A DNA stretch of 32,912 nucleotides, taken from NCBI GenBank assembly GCA_947624455.1, contig CANQKL010000003.1:1-32912 (forward strand). Reading direction: 5' to 3'. The translations under genes and the position numbers were made by a program. This document shows, in pieces, positions 1 through 7,933 of the stretch (the stretch's first letter is position 1; each line of letters opens with the position of its first letter). The notes under the pieces were generated by a model. That model saw only the letters and a program-made list of their open reading frames with translations. It was not told the DNA's origin and made no database searches. This DNA comes from an uncultured Clostridia bacterium. Lineage in GTDB: Bacteria > Bacillota > Clostridia > UMGS1883.

Positions 1-2323
1 AACTCAGCCTCACATTTCCACCGAGCGGGCCTACTGGTTCACTCAGGCTTATAAAAAATACGAGGGCAGCGTTGATATCCCCGTTCTGCGGGCGCTGGCC
101 TTTAAAACCTATATGGAAAACCGCAGCCTTTGCATAAACGACGGCGAGCTTATAGTAGGGGAGAAGGGTACCGGCCCCCAGTGCGCACCTACCTTCCCCG
201 AGCTTTGCTGCCACACCCTCGAGGATCTTCAGGTCATGAACGACCGGGAGCTTATAAACTTTACGGTTGACGAGGAGACTCGGCGCGTACACGCCCAGGA
301 GATAATCCCCTATTGGGAGCATCGGAGCATCCGCGAAAAGATAATGAGGTCTACCGACCAACAGTGGAAGGATTGCTACGCTGCGGGTATGTTCACTGAA
401 TTTATGGAGCAGCGAGGCCCCGGCCATACCGGCGGCGGCAACGGGTTCTACCACAAGGGATTCAGCGACTACAAAAAGGATATCGCCAGAAAAATGGCGG
501 AATTGGACTTTACCAATGACCTCAGAGCCTATGACAAGAAGGCGGAGCTGGAGGCTATGGACATAGCCTGCGACGCCATCATAATCTATGGCCGCCGTTA
601 CAGCGCCTATGCCGCCGAGTTGGCTGCAAAGGAGACAGATCCCCAGAAAAAGGCCGATCTGACCCTCATTAGCGAAAACTGCGCCGTTGTGCCTGAGTTC
701 GCTCCCAGAACTTTCCATCAGGCCTTACAGATGTACTGGTTCGTGCATATCGGCGTTACCAGCGAAGTCAATCCGTGGGACGCTTTCACGCCCGGGCGTC
801 TTGACCAGCATACCTATCCTTTCTATAAAAAGGATGTGGAGGACGGCGTCATGAACTATGACAAGGCCCGTGAACTCATGGAGTGCCTGTGGATAAAGTT
901 CAACAATCAGCCCGCGCCTCCCAAGGTGGGAATAACGCTTAAGGAGAGCGGCACCTATACGGATTTCGCAAACCTTAACACCGGCGGCATCACTCCCGAC
1001 GGCAAGGACGGCGTGAACCCCGTGAGCTATATCATTCTTGACACCATGGATGAAATGAAGCTCCTCCAGCCCTCCAGCAACGTGCAGATATCTAAAAAGA
1101 CCCCCAAGGAATTTCTCCTCCGCGCCTGTGAGATTAGCCGTAAGGGCTGGGGCCAGCCCGCCTTTTATAACACCGAGGCGATTATTCAGGAGCTGCTCAA
1201 TGCCGGAAAGTCCATTGAGGACGCCCGCTGCGGCAGCGCAACCGGCTGTGTTGAGACTGGCTGTCTGGGCAAGGAGAGCTACGTACTCACCGGCTACTTC
1301 AACACTCCAAAGGTGCTGGAGATAACCCTTAACAACGGCTATGACAAATACACCGGCAAGCAGATCGGACTGGCCACTGGCTATGCCGGGGACTATAAGA
1401 GCTATGATGAGCTTTGGGCTGCCTTTGAAAAGCAGATGAACTATTTCATCGACATCAAGATCAGGGGCAACAATATAATTGAAAAGATCTATTCCGAGTA
1501 TATGCCCGTGCCTTTCCTCAGCGTAATTATGGATGACTGCATCGAAAAGGCCACCGACTACAACTGCGGCGGCGCCAGATATAACACCAACTACATTCAA
1601 GGCGTTGGCATAGGCACCATAACCGACAGCCTCAGCGCGATAAAGTACAACGTTTTTGATAATCATAACTTTACCATGGATCAGCTTAAGGCGGCTATTG
1701 ACGCCAACTTTGAAGGCTATGAGGATATTTATAACAAGGTGGCCAATCATTCTCCCAAGTACGGTAATGACGACGATTACGCCGACGCCATCATGCAGGA
1801 CGTGTTTAATGCCTATTACGCCGCCGTCACCGGCCGTCCCACTGTAAAGGGAGGCGTCTACCGTATAGATATGCTGCCCACGACCTGCCACGTATATTTT
1901 GGCGAGGTTTGCGGCGCTCTGCCCAACGGCCGTCTGGCTGGCAAGCCTGTATCTGAGGGCATTTCTCCCGAAAAGGGAGCCGACAGAAAGGGTCCCACAG
2001 CCGTTATCAACTCCTGCGCTAAGATGGATCATCTCAAGACCGGCGGCACCCTTCTCAACCAGAAGTTCACCCCCAAGGTCGTTGAGGGCCAGGAGGGCCT
2101 GGAAAATATGGCGGCTCTGATCCGTTCCTACTTTGCAATGGACGGCCATCACATCCAGTTCAACGTTATCGACCGGGCAACTCTGCTCGACGCTCAGGCT
2201 CATCCCGAGGAGTACAAGGATCTTATCGTTCGGGTCGCGGGCTACAGCGATCATTTCCGTAACCTGAGCAAGGCCCTTCAGGACGAAATAATCAACCGCA
2301 CCGAGCAGAGCTTCAGCTGCTAA
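1..2323 (+). CDS. hypD: Glycyl radical enzyme, trans-4-hydroxy-L-proline dehydratase type (5' end outside the window)
   Basis: Frame is open from nt 2 (TQPHISTERAYWFTQAYKKYEGSVDIPVLRALAF...), so M at 113 is internal. Cys loop GCVETG, glycyl radical motif IVRVAGYS, and motifs WDAFTPGR, ESGTYTDF and DMLPTTCH closely match C. difficile HypD as recalled. Confidence 0.88.
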   Translation, partial: TQPHISTERAYWFTQAYKKYEGSVDIPVLRALAFKTYMENRSLCINDGELIVGEKGTGPQCAPTFPELCCHTLEDLQVMNDRELINFTVDEETRRVHAQEIIPYWEHRSIREKIMRSTDQQWKDCYAAGMFTEFMEQRGPGHTGGGNGFYHKGFSDYKKDIARKMAELDFTNDLRAYDKKAELEAMDIACDAIIIYGRRYSAYAAELAAKETDPQKKADLTLISENCAVVPEFAPRTFHQALQMYWFVHIGVTSEVNPWDAFTPGRLDQHTYPFYKKDVEDGVMNYDKARELMECLWIKFNNQPAPPKVGITLKESGTYTDFANLNTGGITPDGKDGVNPVSYIILDTMDEMKLLQPSSNVQISKKTPKEFLLRACEISRKGWGQPAFYNTEAIIQELLNAGKSIEDARCGSATGCVETGCLGKESYVLTGYFNTPKVLEITLNNGYDKYTGKQIGLATGYAGDYKSYDELWAAFEKQMNYFIDIKIRGNNIIEKIYSEYMPVPFLSVIMDDCIEKATDYNCGGARYNTNYIQGVGIGTITDSLSAIKYNVFDNHNFTMDQLKAAIDANFEGYEDIYNKVANHSPKYGNDDDYADAIMQDVFNAYYAAVTGRPTVKGGVYRIDMLPTTCHVYFGEVCGALPNGRLAGKPVSEGISPEKGADRKGPTAVINSCAKMDHLKTGGTLLNQKFTPKVVEGQEGLENMAALIRSYFAMDGHHIQFNVIDRATLLDAQAHPEEYKDLIVRVAGYSDHFRNLSKALQDEIINRTEQSFSC

Positions 2324-2398
2324 GTTAAAATTTGGCAAAGTCCGTCAAATTCAGATTTTTTCCTACATTATAATTTTATAACAATACTGTAACAAGGC

Positions 2399-2427
2399 TT
2401 GACTTTTTTACAATTTTAGTGTAAGAT
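2399..2427 (+). promoter_or_regulatory. Sigma-A-type promoter for the small gene at 2476
   Basis: TTGACT (2399-2404), 17 nt, TAAGAT (2422-2427); RBS GAGGAGG at 2461-2467. Confidence 0.6.
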
Positions 2428-2475
2428 AAAGTGTAGGCAGAACGATGCCTAAATAAAGACGAGGAGGTTTTCAAA

Positions 2476-2727
2476 GTGGCAAAATTTGAAATCCACGATC
2501 TTGACGTGGCAGCTTTTGTGAAGGAGCTCAACAACTGCAAGGGCGAGGTCATAATGACCACTCCCGAGGGAGATTCCATCAATCTCCAGTCCGCTTTCTG
2601 CCGTGTGATCGGTATAATGAAGATCGTTGAGGGCGGTAAGCTCAGCAAGGCCACTATCGAGTGCAAGGATCCCGAGGATGAAAGCCGTATGTTTAAGCTC
2701 AATCTTTACGGCCACGCCGCCGAATGA
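2476..2727 (+). CDS. Small conserved hypothetical protein, possibly HPr-like fold (83 aa)
   Basis: GTG start with strong RBS, own promoter and downstream hairpin. FVKELNNCKGEVIMTTPEGDSINLQS resembles the HPr segment leading to Ser46; no clear His15 motif. Confidence 0.7.
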   Translation: MAKFEIHDLDVAAFVKELNNCKGEVIMTTPEGDSINLQSAFCRVIGIMKIVEGGKLSKATIECKDPEDESRMFKLNLYGHAAE

Positions 2728-2746
2728 TCCGATACTTAAATCAGGT

Positions 2747-2776
2747 AAGCGCCTGTGTCATTTGACACAGGCGCTT
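2747..2776. terminator. Perfect 14-bp hairpin, likely terminator
   Basis: AAGCGCCTGTGTCA-TT-TGACACAGGCGCTT about 20 nt after the stop at 2727; U-tract weak. Confidence 0.6.
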
Positions 2777-2814
2777 CAGTCTGCCAATAAATTCGCTATG
2801 TAACCTGGAGGCAC

Positions 2815-3296
2815 GGGGGCTGTCCAAAAAATCGTGCAGAACGGCATCGAAACAAGCGTTGCATCGCTTGTTCTGATTTCTTCAAAATCAGAACAATGGC
2901 TCGCGCCGCTGTTCCTCCTTTTCCCCACAAACAACTTCGTTGTTTGTGGGGCGTTGGCACATAAAACTCGCAAAAGGTTGTTAGTGAGCCAAAGCCGCAG
3001 CGAGGGCCGTTTTAGGCCCGAAGCAGGCGACGCGAACGTGACCTTTTGCGAAAAGGAGGAGCAAGCCTTCGCGCGACGACATTTTTTCGAAAGAAAAAAG
3101 CGTCGGAGCAAAGACAGGCTTTGCTCCGACGCCGCCGAGCGGTGATTTTCGTTCGTAGTCCAAGGGCATAAAATGAGAAAATTCGCTCGTAAGGGCGAAT
3201 TTTCTACATTAATACGTTATTTAATTGACTGCTTACATAATGCTATAATTTACCTTAAACGCCCTTGGACGATCTGCGCCATTTTTTACAGCCCCT
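2815..3296. mobile_element. Non-autonomous MITE-like palindromic element (~480 bp)
   Basis: Imperfect terminal inverted repeats GGGGCTGTccAAAAAATcgtGCAGA / TCTGCgccATTTTTTACAGCCCC; CAC on both flanks (2812-2814, 3297-3299); many internal hairpins; partial homologue at 23969-24102; no credible CDS. Confidence 0.65.
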
Positions 3297-3322
3297 CACA
3301 CAGGTAGTCTTGCTTTTGTCCC

Positions 3323-3352
3323 GTATAAAGCCGCTTCCCGCTGTGCATAATA
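3323..3352 (+). promoter_or_regulatory. Sigma-G/sigma-F-type forespore promoter of sigG
   Basis: GTATA (3323-3327), 18 nt, CATAATA (3346-3352); fits the sigma-G consensus GnATA-N18-CATnnTA. Confidence 0.7.
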
Positions 3353-3378
3353 ATGTCAGCAAGGGGGTATATGTTTTG

Positions 3379-4149
3379 ATGACAAGCAAGGTTGAGATAT
3401 GCGGAGTCAATACATCAAAGCTGCCGACGCTGACAGCGGAAGAAAAAAAGGAGCTTTTTCCCAAAATAAAGGCTGGCGATCGGACGGCCCGTGACAAGTT
3501 CATTAAGGGAAATCTGCGGCTGGTGCTTAGCATTATCGGTCGCTTCAATAACCGCGGCGAATATGTGGACGATTTGTTTCAGGTGGGCTGCGTGGGACTT
3601 ATCAAGGCTATCGACAATTTTGACCTGAGCCAGAACGTACAGTTTTCCACCTACGCCGTGCCTATGATAATCGGCGAGATACGCCGTTATCTGAGGGACA
3701 ACAATTCCGTACGGGTCAGCCGCTCGCTCCGGGATATAGCCTATAAAGCCCTGTGCGTCAAGGAAAAACTCATAAACCGTACCCAGCGGGAGCCGACCAT
3801 AGATGAAATAGCCAAAGAGCTGGATCTGCCAAAAACCGATGTTGTGATGGCTTTGGACGCGGTACAGGAGCCTATATCTCTGTTTGAGCCGGTTTATCAC
3901 GATGGGGGAGACACGGTTTTTGTCATGGATCAGGTCAGCGACGATAAAAACCTGGACGAAGTGTGGATAGAGCAGATATCGCTGAGAGAGGCGCTGAATA
4001 AGCTGCCAAAGAAGGAGCATACAATCATTGATCTAAGGTTTTTCAAGGGTAGGACTCAGACCGAGGTGGCGGGCGAGATAGGAATAAGCCAGGCCCAGGT
4101 CAGCCGCATTGAAAAGAGCGCAATAGAGCATCTGAGAAAAAGCCTGTAA
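3379..4149 (+). CDS. sigG: RNA polymerase sporulation sigma factor SigG
   Basis: N-terminus KVEICGVNTSKLP plus NLRLVLSIIGRFNNRGEYVDDLFQVGC and EIGISQAQVSRIEK are characteristic of SigG. RBS AAGGGGG at 3361; start is ATG 3379 (or TTG 3376), not 3265. Confidence 0.95.
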   Translation: MTSKVEICGVNTSKLPTLTAEEKKELFPKIKAGDRTARDKFIKGNLRLVLSIIGRFNNRGEYVDDLFQVGCVGLIKAIDNFDLSQNVQFSTYAVPMIIGEIRRYLRDNNSVRVSRSLRDIAYKALCVKEKLINRTQREPTIDEIAKELDLPKTDVVMALDAVQEPISLFEPVYHDGGDTVFVMDQVSDDKNLDEVWIEQISLREALNKLPKKEHTIIDLRFFKGRTQTEVAGEIGISQAQVSRIEKSAIEHLRKSL

Positions 4150-4260
4150 GAGGTCCTCATAAAAGGAATAACCGTGGCTTCCACGGTTATTCCAGAGCGC
4201 TGACCTTTATCAACGCTCTTCAAAGGGGAACCCGAACGGTTCCCCTTTGAGAAAACCTCT
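4149..4260. repeat. Tandem hairpin cluster downstream of sigG
   Basis: 13-bp stem 4165-4193, imperfect stem 4194-4219, 13-bp stem 4220-4250, enclosed by AGAGGT (4149-4154)/ACCTCT (4255-4260). Confidence 0.7.
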
Positions 4261-4291
4261 CCGCATCGGGCGCTTTCGCTTACGAAATATC

Positions 4292-5720
4292 GGCTCTATG
4301 TCAAGAATAGTGGTGTAAAATCCTGCAAAGAATTTACGAAACAGGTTTCGGCTCAAGCCGAGGCCTGTTTTTCATATGGATTATGCCACGCCTTGTTTGC
4401 TATCTTGCCAATAAAACATAAATAATATTCGATTTCGAAATCTCTTGAAGTTCCTGTAGCCATAAGCATTGCGTTTCAAGACCTTGATTTTGTTGTTGCA
4501 CCCTTCCGTAAAGCCGTTTGTGTACCCATATTTAAAGGAATTCAGTATACCTTTTCCCCAAGCGATAAACGTGTTTCCACAGTTTTCGTACTCAATTAGC
4601 CCACTGTTTTGCGCCTCAAGTATCCAAGCGCCCATGAGTTTGGCTGAACTTTCCGGCTCTTTTGCATCCAGAACTTCATAAAACCGCTCCTTTAGATGAT
4701 ACGCCTGACGAAGCTCGTGGGAGAGATACAGCATTGCCTCCACAAGTTCCCGCTCGTATTTCGTAAGTTTCCTCCCTCGCTTTGTGAGCAGCCTCTTAGA
4801 GTGTTTTAACAGCTTCCTGTACTTTCCCCCCAGCCGCTTTTGCTCCCTCTTCCTAACCGCCTCAAATGCCCATACGCACTGTCGGACAAAGTGATATTTG
4901 TCCACAATCTGTGCGGCGTTTTTGAAATAAGTATCAGCCAAATCGGCATAAGGTCTCCACATATCTGACACAAAAAACTTTACCTTATCCCGTTTTTCCT
5001 TGCCATATCCTCTCAAATACTCGATTAGGTGGCTGTTATTTCTGTCCGGCAGAATATCCAATACCCGTCCATGCGCCGGATCGGTAAGTATGCACTGGTA
5101 CTTATGAGTGCCGGTATTGCCTTTGAATTCATCTATGGCGAAAACCTCCGGAAGTCCGGTGGGATGGGGCATTTCCACCGCGTCGAATATCCTGATAACA
5201 GAGGAAATTGAAATACTATTATCCCTTGCCACGGAGGAGAAGGAACGTTCGTTGCTCAAAGCCTCAATAATCTTAGAGATAAAGCGCAGCGTCATTTGTC
5301 GGCGGCGGGCGACAAAGGTGTTTTTCTCGGGGAAGCACTTGCCGCAGCCGGTGCAGCGATATCTGCGGCGACGATAGGCCAGAGTGAGGCTGCGTCCGGC
5401 GACTGACAGATCCTTTATGTGACGGACGCGGTAGTCGTGGACACGGGAAGTCTTGCAGCCGCAGGCCGGGCAGATGTGTTCTGTTACGGGCATTTCTATA
5501 TGAACCGTCAACCTGTTTTCGGCGGTTTCAATATTTCTTACTATTACCCCTTGAAAATCGAGAATTTGTGTTGTATAATTATTGTTAGAGAGCATATTTG
5601 TTTCCTCCTGTCTGGATTTAGGGGTAAATTCATTATACAGGATTTTTTCCAAATATGCTCTCTCTTTTTTGCTTTTTTGAGAGACGGTTTTTGGGACACC
5701 ACTATTTATAGTATAGAACC
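4292..5720 (-). mobile_element. Complete ISL3-family insertion sequence (1429 bp)
   Basis: Ends GGCTCTATGTCAAGAATAGTGGTGT (4292) and reverse-complement GGTTCTATACTATAAATAGTGGTGT (5720); perfect 8-bp target duplication GAAATATC at 4284-4291 and 5721-5728. Confidence 0.95.
4381..5595 (-). CDS. ISL3 family transposase (404 aa)
   Basis: ATG at 5595 with AGGAGG RBS; zinc finger CPACG...YRCTGCGKCF; motifs AIDEF, VSDMW, IVDKYH and TNGFTEGCNNKIKVLKRNAYGYRNF. The ORF-track start at 5772 lies outside the element. Confidence 0.95.
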   Translation of the reverse strand: MLSNNNYTTQILDFQGVIVRNIETAENRLTVHIEMPVTEHICPACGCKTSRVHDYRVRHIKDLSVAGRSLTLAYRRRRYRCTGCGKCFPEKNTFVARRRQMTLRFISKIIEALSNERSFSSVARDNSISISSVIRIFDAVEMPHPTGLPEVFAIDEFKGNTGTHKYQCILTDPAHGRVLDILPDRNNSHLIEYLRGYGKEKRDKVKFFVSDMWRPYADLADTYFKNAAQIVDKYHFVRQCVWAFEAVRKREQKRLGGKYRKLLKHSKRLLTKRGRKLTKYERELVEAMLYLSHELRQAYHLKERFYEVLDAKEPESSAKLMGAWILEAQNSGLIEYENCGNTFIAWGKGILNSFKYGYTNGFTEGCNNKIKVLKRNAYGYRNFKRFRNRILFMFYWQDSKQGVA

Positions 5721-5733
5721 GAAATATCCCGAT

Positions 5734-5802
5734 TAAAGTATGAAATCCCGGGTACACGCCCCGGGATTTCATACTTTATATCGAAAGGGAACTCCCTTTC
5801 GA
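5734..5802. terminator. Two perfect hairpins, probable bidirectional terminator between convergent genes
   Basis: 19-bp stem TAAAGTATGAAATCCCGGG/CCCGGGATTTCATACTTTA (5734-5778) and 10-bp stem TCGAAAGGGA/TCCCTTTCGA (5781-5802). Confidence 0.6.
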
Positions 5803-5870
5803 GCTATTCCCCTGATTTAGAGGGTTATAATTATGATGCCTGTATGATGCCTGTTCTATTTTACCGTCCG

Positions 5871-7625
5871 TCAGGAGAGGTCGATAACTCCGACAGGCAC
5901 ATCTTCTTTGCCGACGGCGGGAGTATCGTTCCAAACAGTGGTTTCGGTTCCGTCTACCTCGGGGAAGTCAGCGTCGGAAAAGTCGGGAGAATCGTTCTCG
6001 TTGAGCTGAGAGGTCATGCCGTTTATTCCGGTAGGCTCCACGCTGTCATTGAGGGGCTTTACGTCCTCTCCGTAGCCGCCCAGTACTATGACGCCGTCGC
6101 CGTTGCCCTTGACGGTCACATTATGCACCAGTATATCGCTGTCGTCATAACCGTCCTTTACCGCCACGGCCCGAAGGATGCAGCTGTATTCTACCTGAAT
6201 GGAGGAACGGTATACCGTGCCGTAGGTTCTGGGATCGGAGCCGTCCAGCGTGTAGAAGATCGTTGCGCCGCTGGTGCTGGTGCGGAGAGTGACGCGGGTG
6301 TAGTCGGTGTATTTAGTGTCGCTGGCGGTGGGAGTAGCGACCTTGCTGTTGTAACTGAGGGTGTAGGTCTCGACCTCGCTGGGAGCATAGCCCTTCTTAG
6401 CGGCCATGATCTTAAGCACGCAGTTGTTGGGAATGGTTATAGAACTGCCGGAGCTGACCTTTTTGTCTTTAGTTGTGGGATCGTCGCCATCGGTAGTATA
6501 GTAAATGTAAGAGCCGGAGGTGCCGGTGAGCTTTACCTTTTTATTGGTGGTACTGTTATAAGACGTCACCAGAGTCATGGTAATGGGGAACCGGGCCGGT
6601 TCGCTATCCTCATAGCCGCTCTTAACAGCGATAGCGCGGATGTAGGTGGTGCCGGGCTGATCTATGATTATGCCGCTGCTGGTATACTTGTAGTCGTCGA
6701 TCGTGGGAGTGCCGCCGTCAATGGTATAGTAGATCGTTGCTCCGCTGGTGGCAGACCGGAGAGTGACCTTTATACCGCCGTCAACAGCGGTCTGGGTGGC
6801 GGTGACCTCGGCGCAGGTGGGGCCGTTGATCTCGGCGGTGTAGACCCTGCTGGGAGCGTAGCCGGGCTTGCAAACTATGAGCTTAAGGGTGCAGGCCTTA
6901 GTTATCCTGATGCCGCTGGAAGTGTACTTCTTACAGCTGCCGGAGGCCTTGGCCACAGGATCGGAGCCGTCGGTGGTGTAATAGTAGGTGCAGTTACTGG
7001 AAGGCCCGCTGAGCTTCACGGTTGTGGTGCTGCCTGAAACGGTAGTGCGGGCGTCGGGCTTGCCGGTAAACTGGGGAATGTCCACATAGGCCACGGCCAC
7101 AGGGCTGTTCTGGTAGCTGCTGCGAACGGCTATGGCTTTTATGTAGCAGCTCTCACTTACCACGATGCCGCTGCTGGAGTATCTCTTGTCCGAGGTGGTG
7201 GGAGTGGAGCCGTCTGTCGTGTAATATATGGTGGAGCCGGAGGAGGTGATAGTCACCTTTTTGCCCCCGTCAACGTTGGTGGACTTAAAGGTGGGCGTGG
7301 CGGCCCGGGCCTTAGTCACGGTAACGGTGTAGTAGCCGACGGGACTGTATTCCCCGCCGTCGTAAGCCACGGCTCTTACCTCACAGGAGGAGGTGACCTT
7401 CACCGAGCTGGAATATTTCTTGCTGGAGGTGGTGGGGTCGCTGCCGTTGGTAGTGTAGTAAATTTTTGCGCCCTTAGAATCGCTTCTGAGGGTAAAGGTG
7501 GCGCTGCCGGTAGTGGTAGTCACAGAGATGTTGGGGGTTGAAACCGAGCTGTCTTCTGCCAAGGCGCAGACTGGCAATGCCAGTACCGTGACGGCAAAAA
7601 CAGCGGCGATCAGCTTTTTGATCAT
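5871..7625 (-). CDS. Secreted protein with six tandem CHB_HEX_C_1/Fn3_assoc-like repeats and an acidic tail
   Basis: Signal peptide MIKKLIAAVFAVTVLALPVCALA; six copies of (I/Y)(Y/F)YTx(D/N)GxxP, each followed by a strand motif such as IKAIAV; Asp/Glu-rich C-terminus; purine-rich RBS. Confidence 0.85.
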   Translation of the reverse strand: MIKKLIAAVFAVTVLALPVCALAEDSSVSTPNISVTTTTGSATFTLRSDSKGAKIYYTTNGSDPTTSSKKYSSSVKVTSSCEVRAVAYDGGEYSPVGYYTVTVTKARAATPTFKSTNVDGGKKVTITSSGSTIYYTTDGSTPTTSDKRYSSSGIVVSESCYIKAIAVRSSYQNSPVAVAYVDIPQFTGKPDARTTVSGSTTTVKLSGPSSNCTYYYTTDGSDPVAKASGSCKKYTSSGIRITKACTLKLIVCKPGYAPSRVYTAEINGPTCAEVTATQTAVDGGIKVTLRSATSGATIYYTIDGGTPTIDDYKYTSSGIIIDQPGTTYIRAIAVKSGYEDSEPARFPITMTLVTSYNSTTNKKVKLTGTSGSYIYYTTDGDDPTTKDKKVSSGSSITIPNNCVLKIMAAKKGYAPSEVETYTLSYNSKVATPTASDTKYTDYTRVTLRTSTSGATIFYTLDGSDPRTYGTVYRSSIQVEYSCILRAVAVKDGYDDSDILVHNVTVKGNGDGVIVLGGYGEDVKPLNDSVEPTGINGMTSQLNENDSPDFSDADFPEVDGTETTVWNDTPAVGKEDVPVGVIDLS

Positions 7626-7692
7626 ATTCCTTCTCTCCTTAAAACAAAGTTATTTCAGGCTGCAACTACAACCTGTAGTATTATATATGTTA

Positions 7693-7721
7693 AGTATAAC
7701 ACAATTTGTTGGAAAATGGAA
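7693..7721 (-). promoter_or_regulatory. Sigma-A-type promoter for the repeat protein
   Basis: Minus strand reads TTCCAT, 17 nt, TATACT with extended TG (TGtTATACT). Confidence 0.6.
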
Positions 7722-7758
7722 GAGCTTTTTTTAATTGTAACTGTATTTTAAACTATAA

Positions 7759-7775
7759 TTTACAATTTGGTAACA
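7759..7775 (-). promoter_or_regulatory. WalR-type direct-repeat box
   Basis: Minus strand TGTTAC-CAAAT-TGTAAA, a full match to TGTWAH-N5-TGTWAH. Confidence 0.55.
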
Positions 7776-7809
7776 AATCCTGGGACAAAAATAAAGTTGA
7801 CATTTTCCA

Positions 7810-7838
7810 TTGACTAAACTCGAAAATTGTGATATAAT
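7810..7838 (+). promoter_or_regulatory. Strong sigma-A promoter for the activator/dehydratase genes
   Basis: TTGACT (7810-7815), 17 nt, TATAAT (7833-7838), extended TG at 7830-7831. Confidence 0.75.
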
Positions 7839-7933
7839 GCAAAGTGATATATAATGTTTCAGGGTGATATAAGTCAGGAAAAGAACAGTGTTTTTATGGC
7901 TTTTATTCCCAATAAAAGGCATAAGGTGATAAG

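Noticed and set aside
2776-3169. Short ORFs within the palindromic element, and 23939-24370 near the second copy
   Set aside because: Products of repeat sequence; no RBS or protein motifs.
3265-3378. N-terminal extension of SigG, and similar over-long starts at 5772, 12325, 15758, 18089 and 19098
   Set aside because: RBS positions and family N-termini support the downstream starts; the extensions cross promoters, element ends or other genes.
4149-4291. Hairpin clusters as a CRISPR array or tRNA
   Set aside because: No identical repeats with regular spacers, no cas genes, no tRNA T-loop or acceptor stem features.
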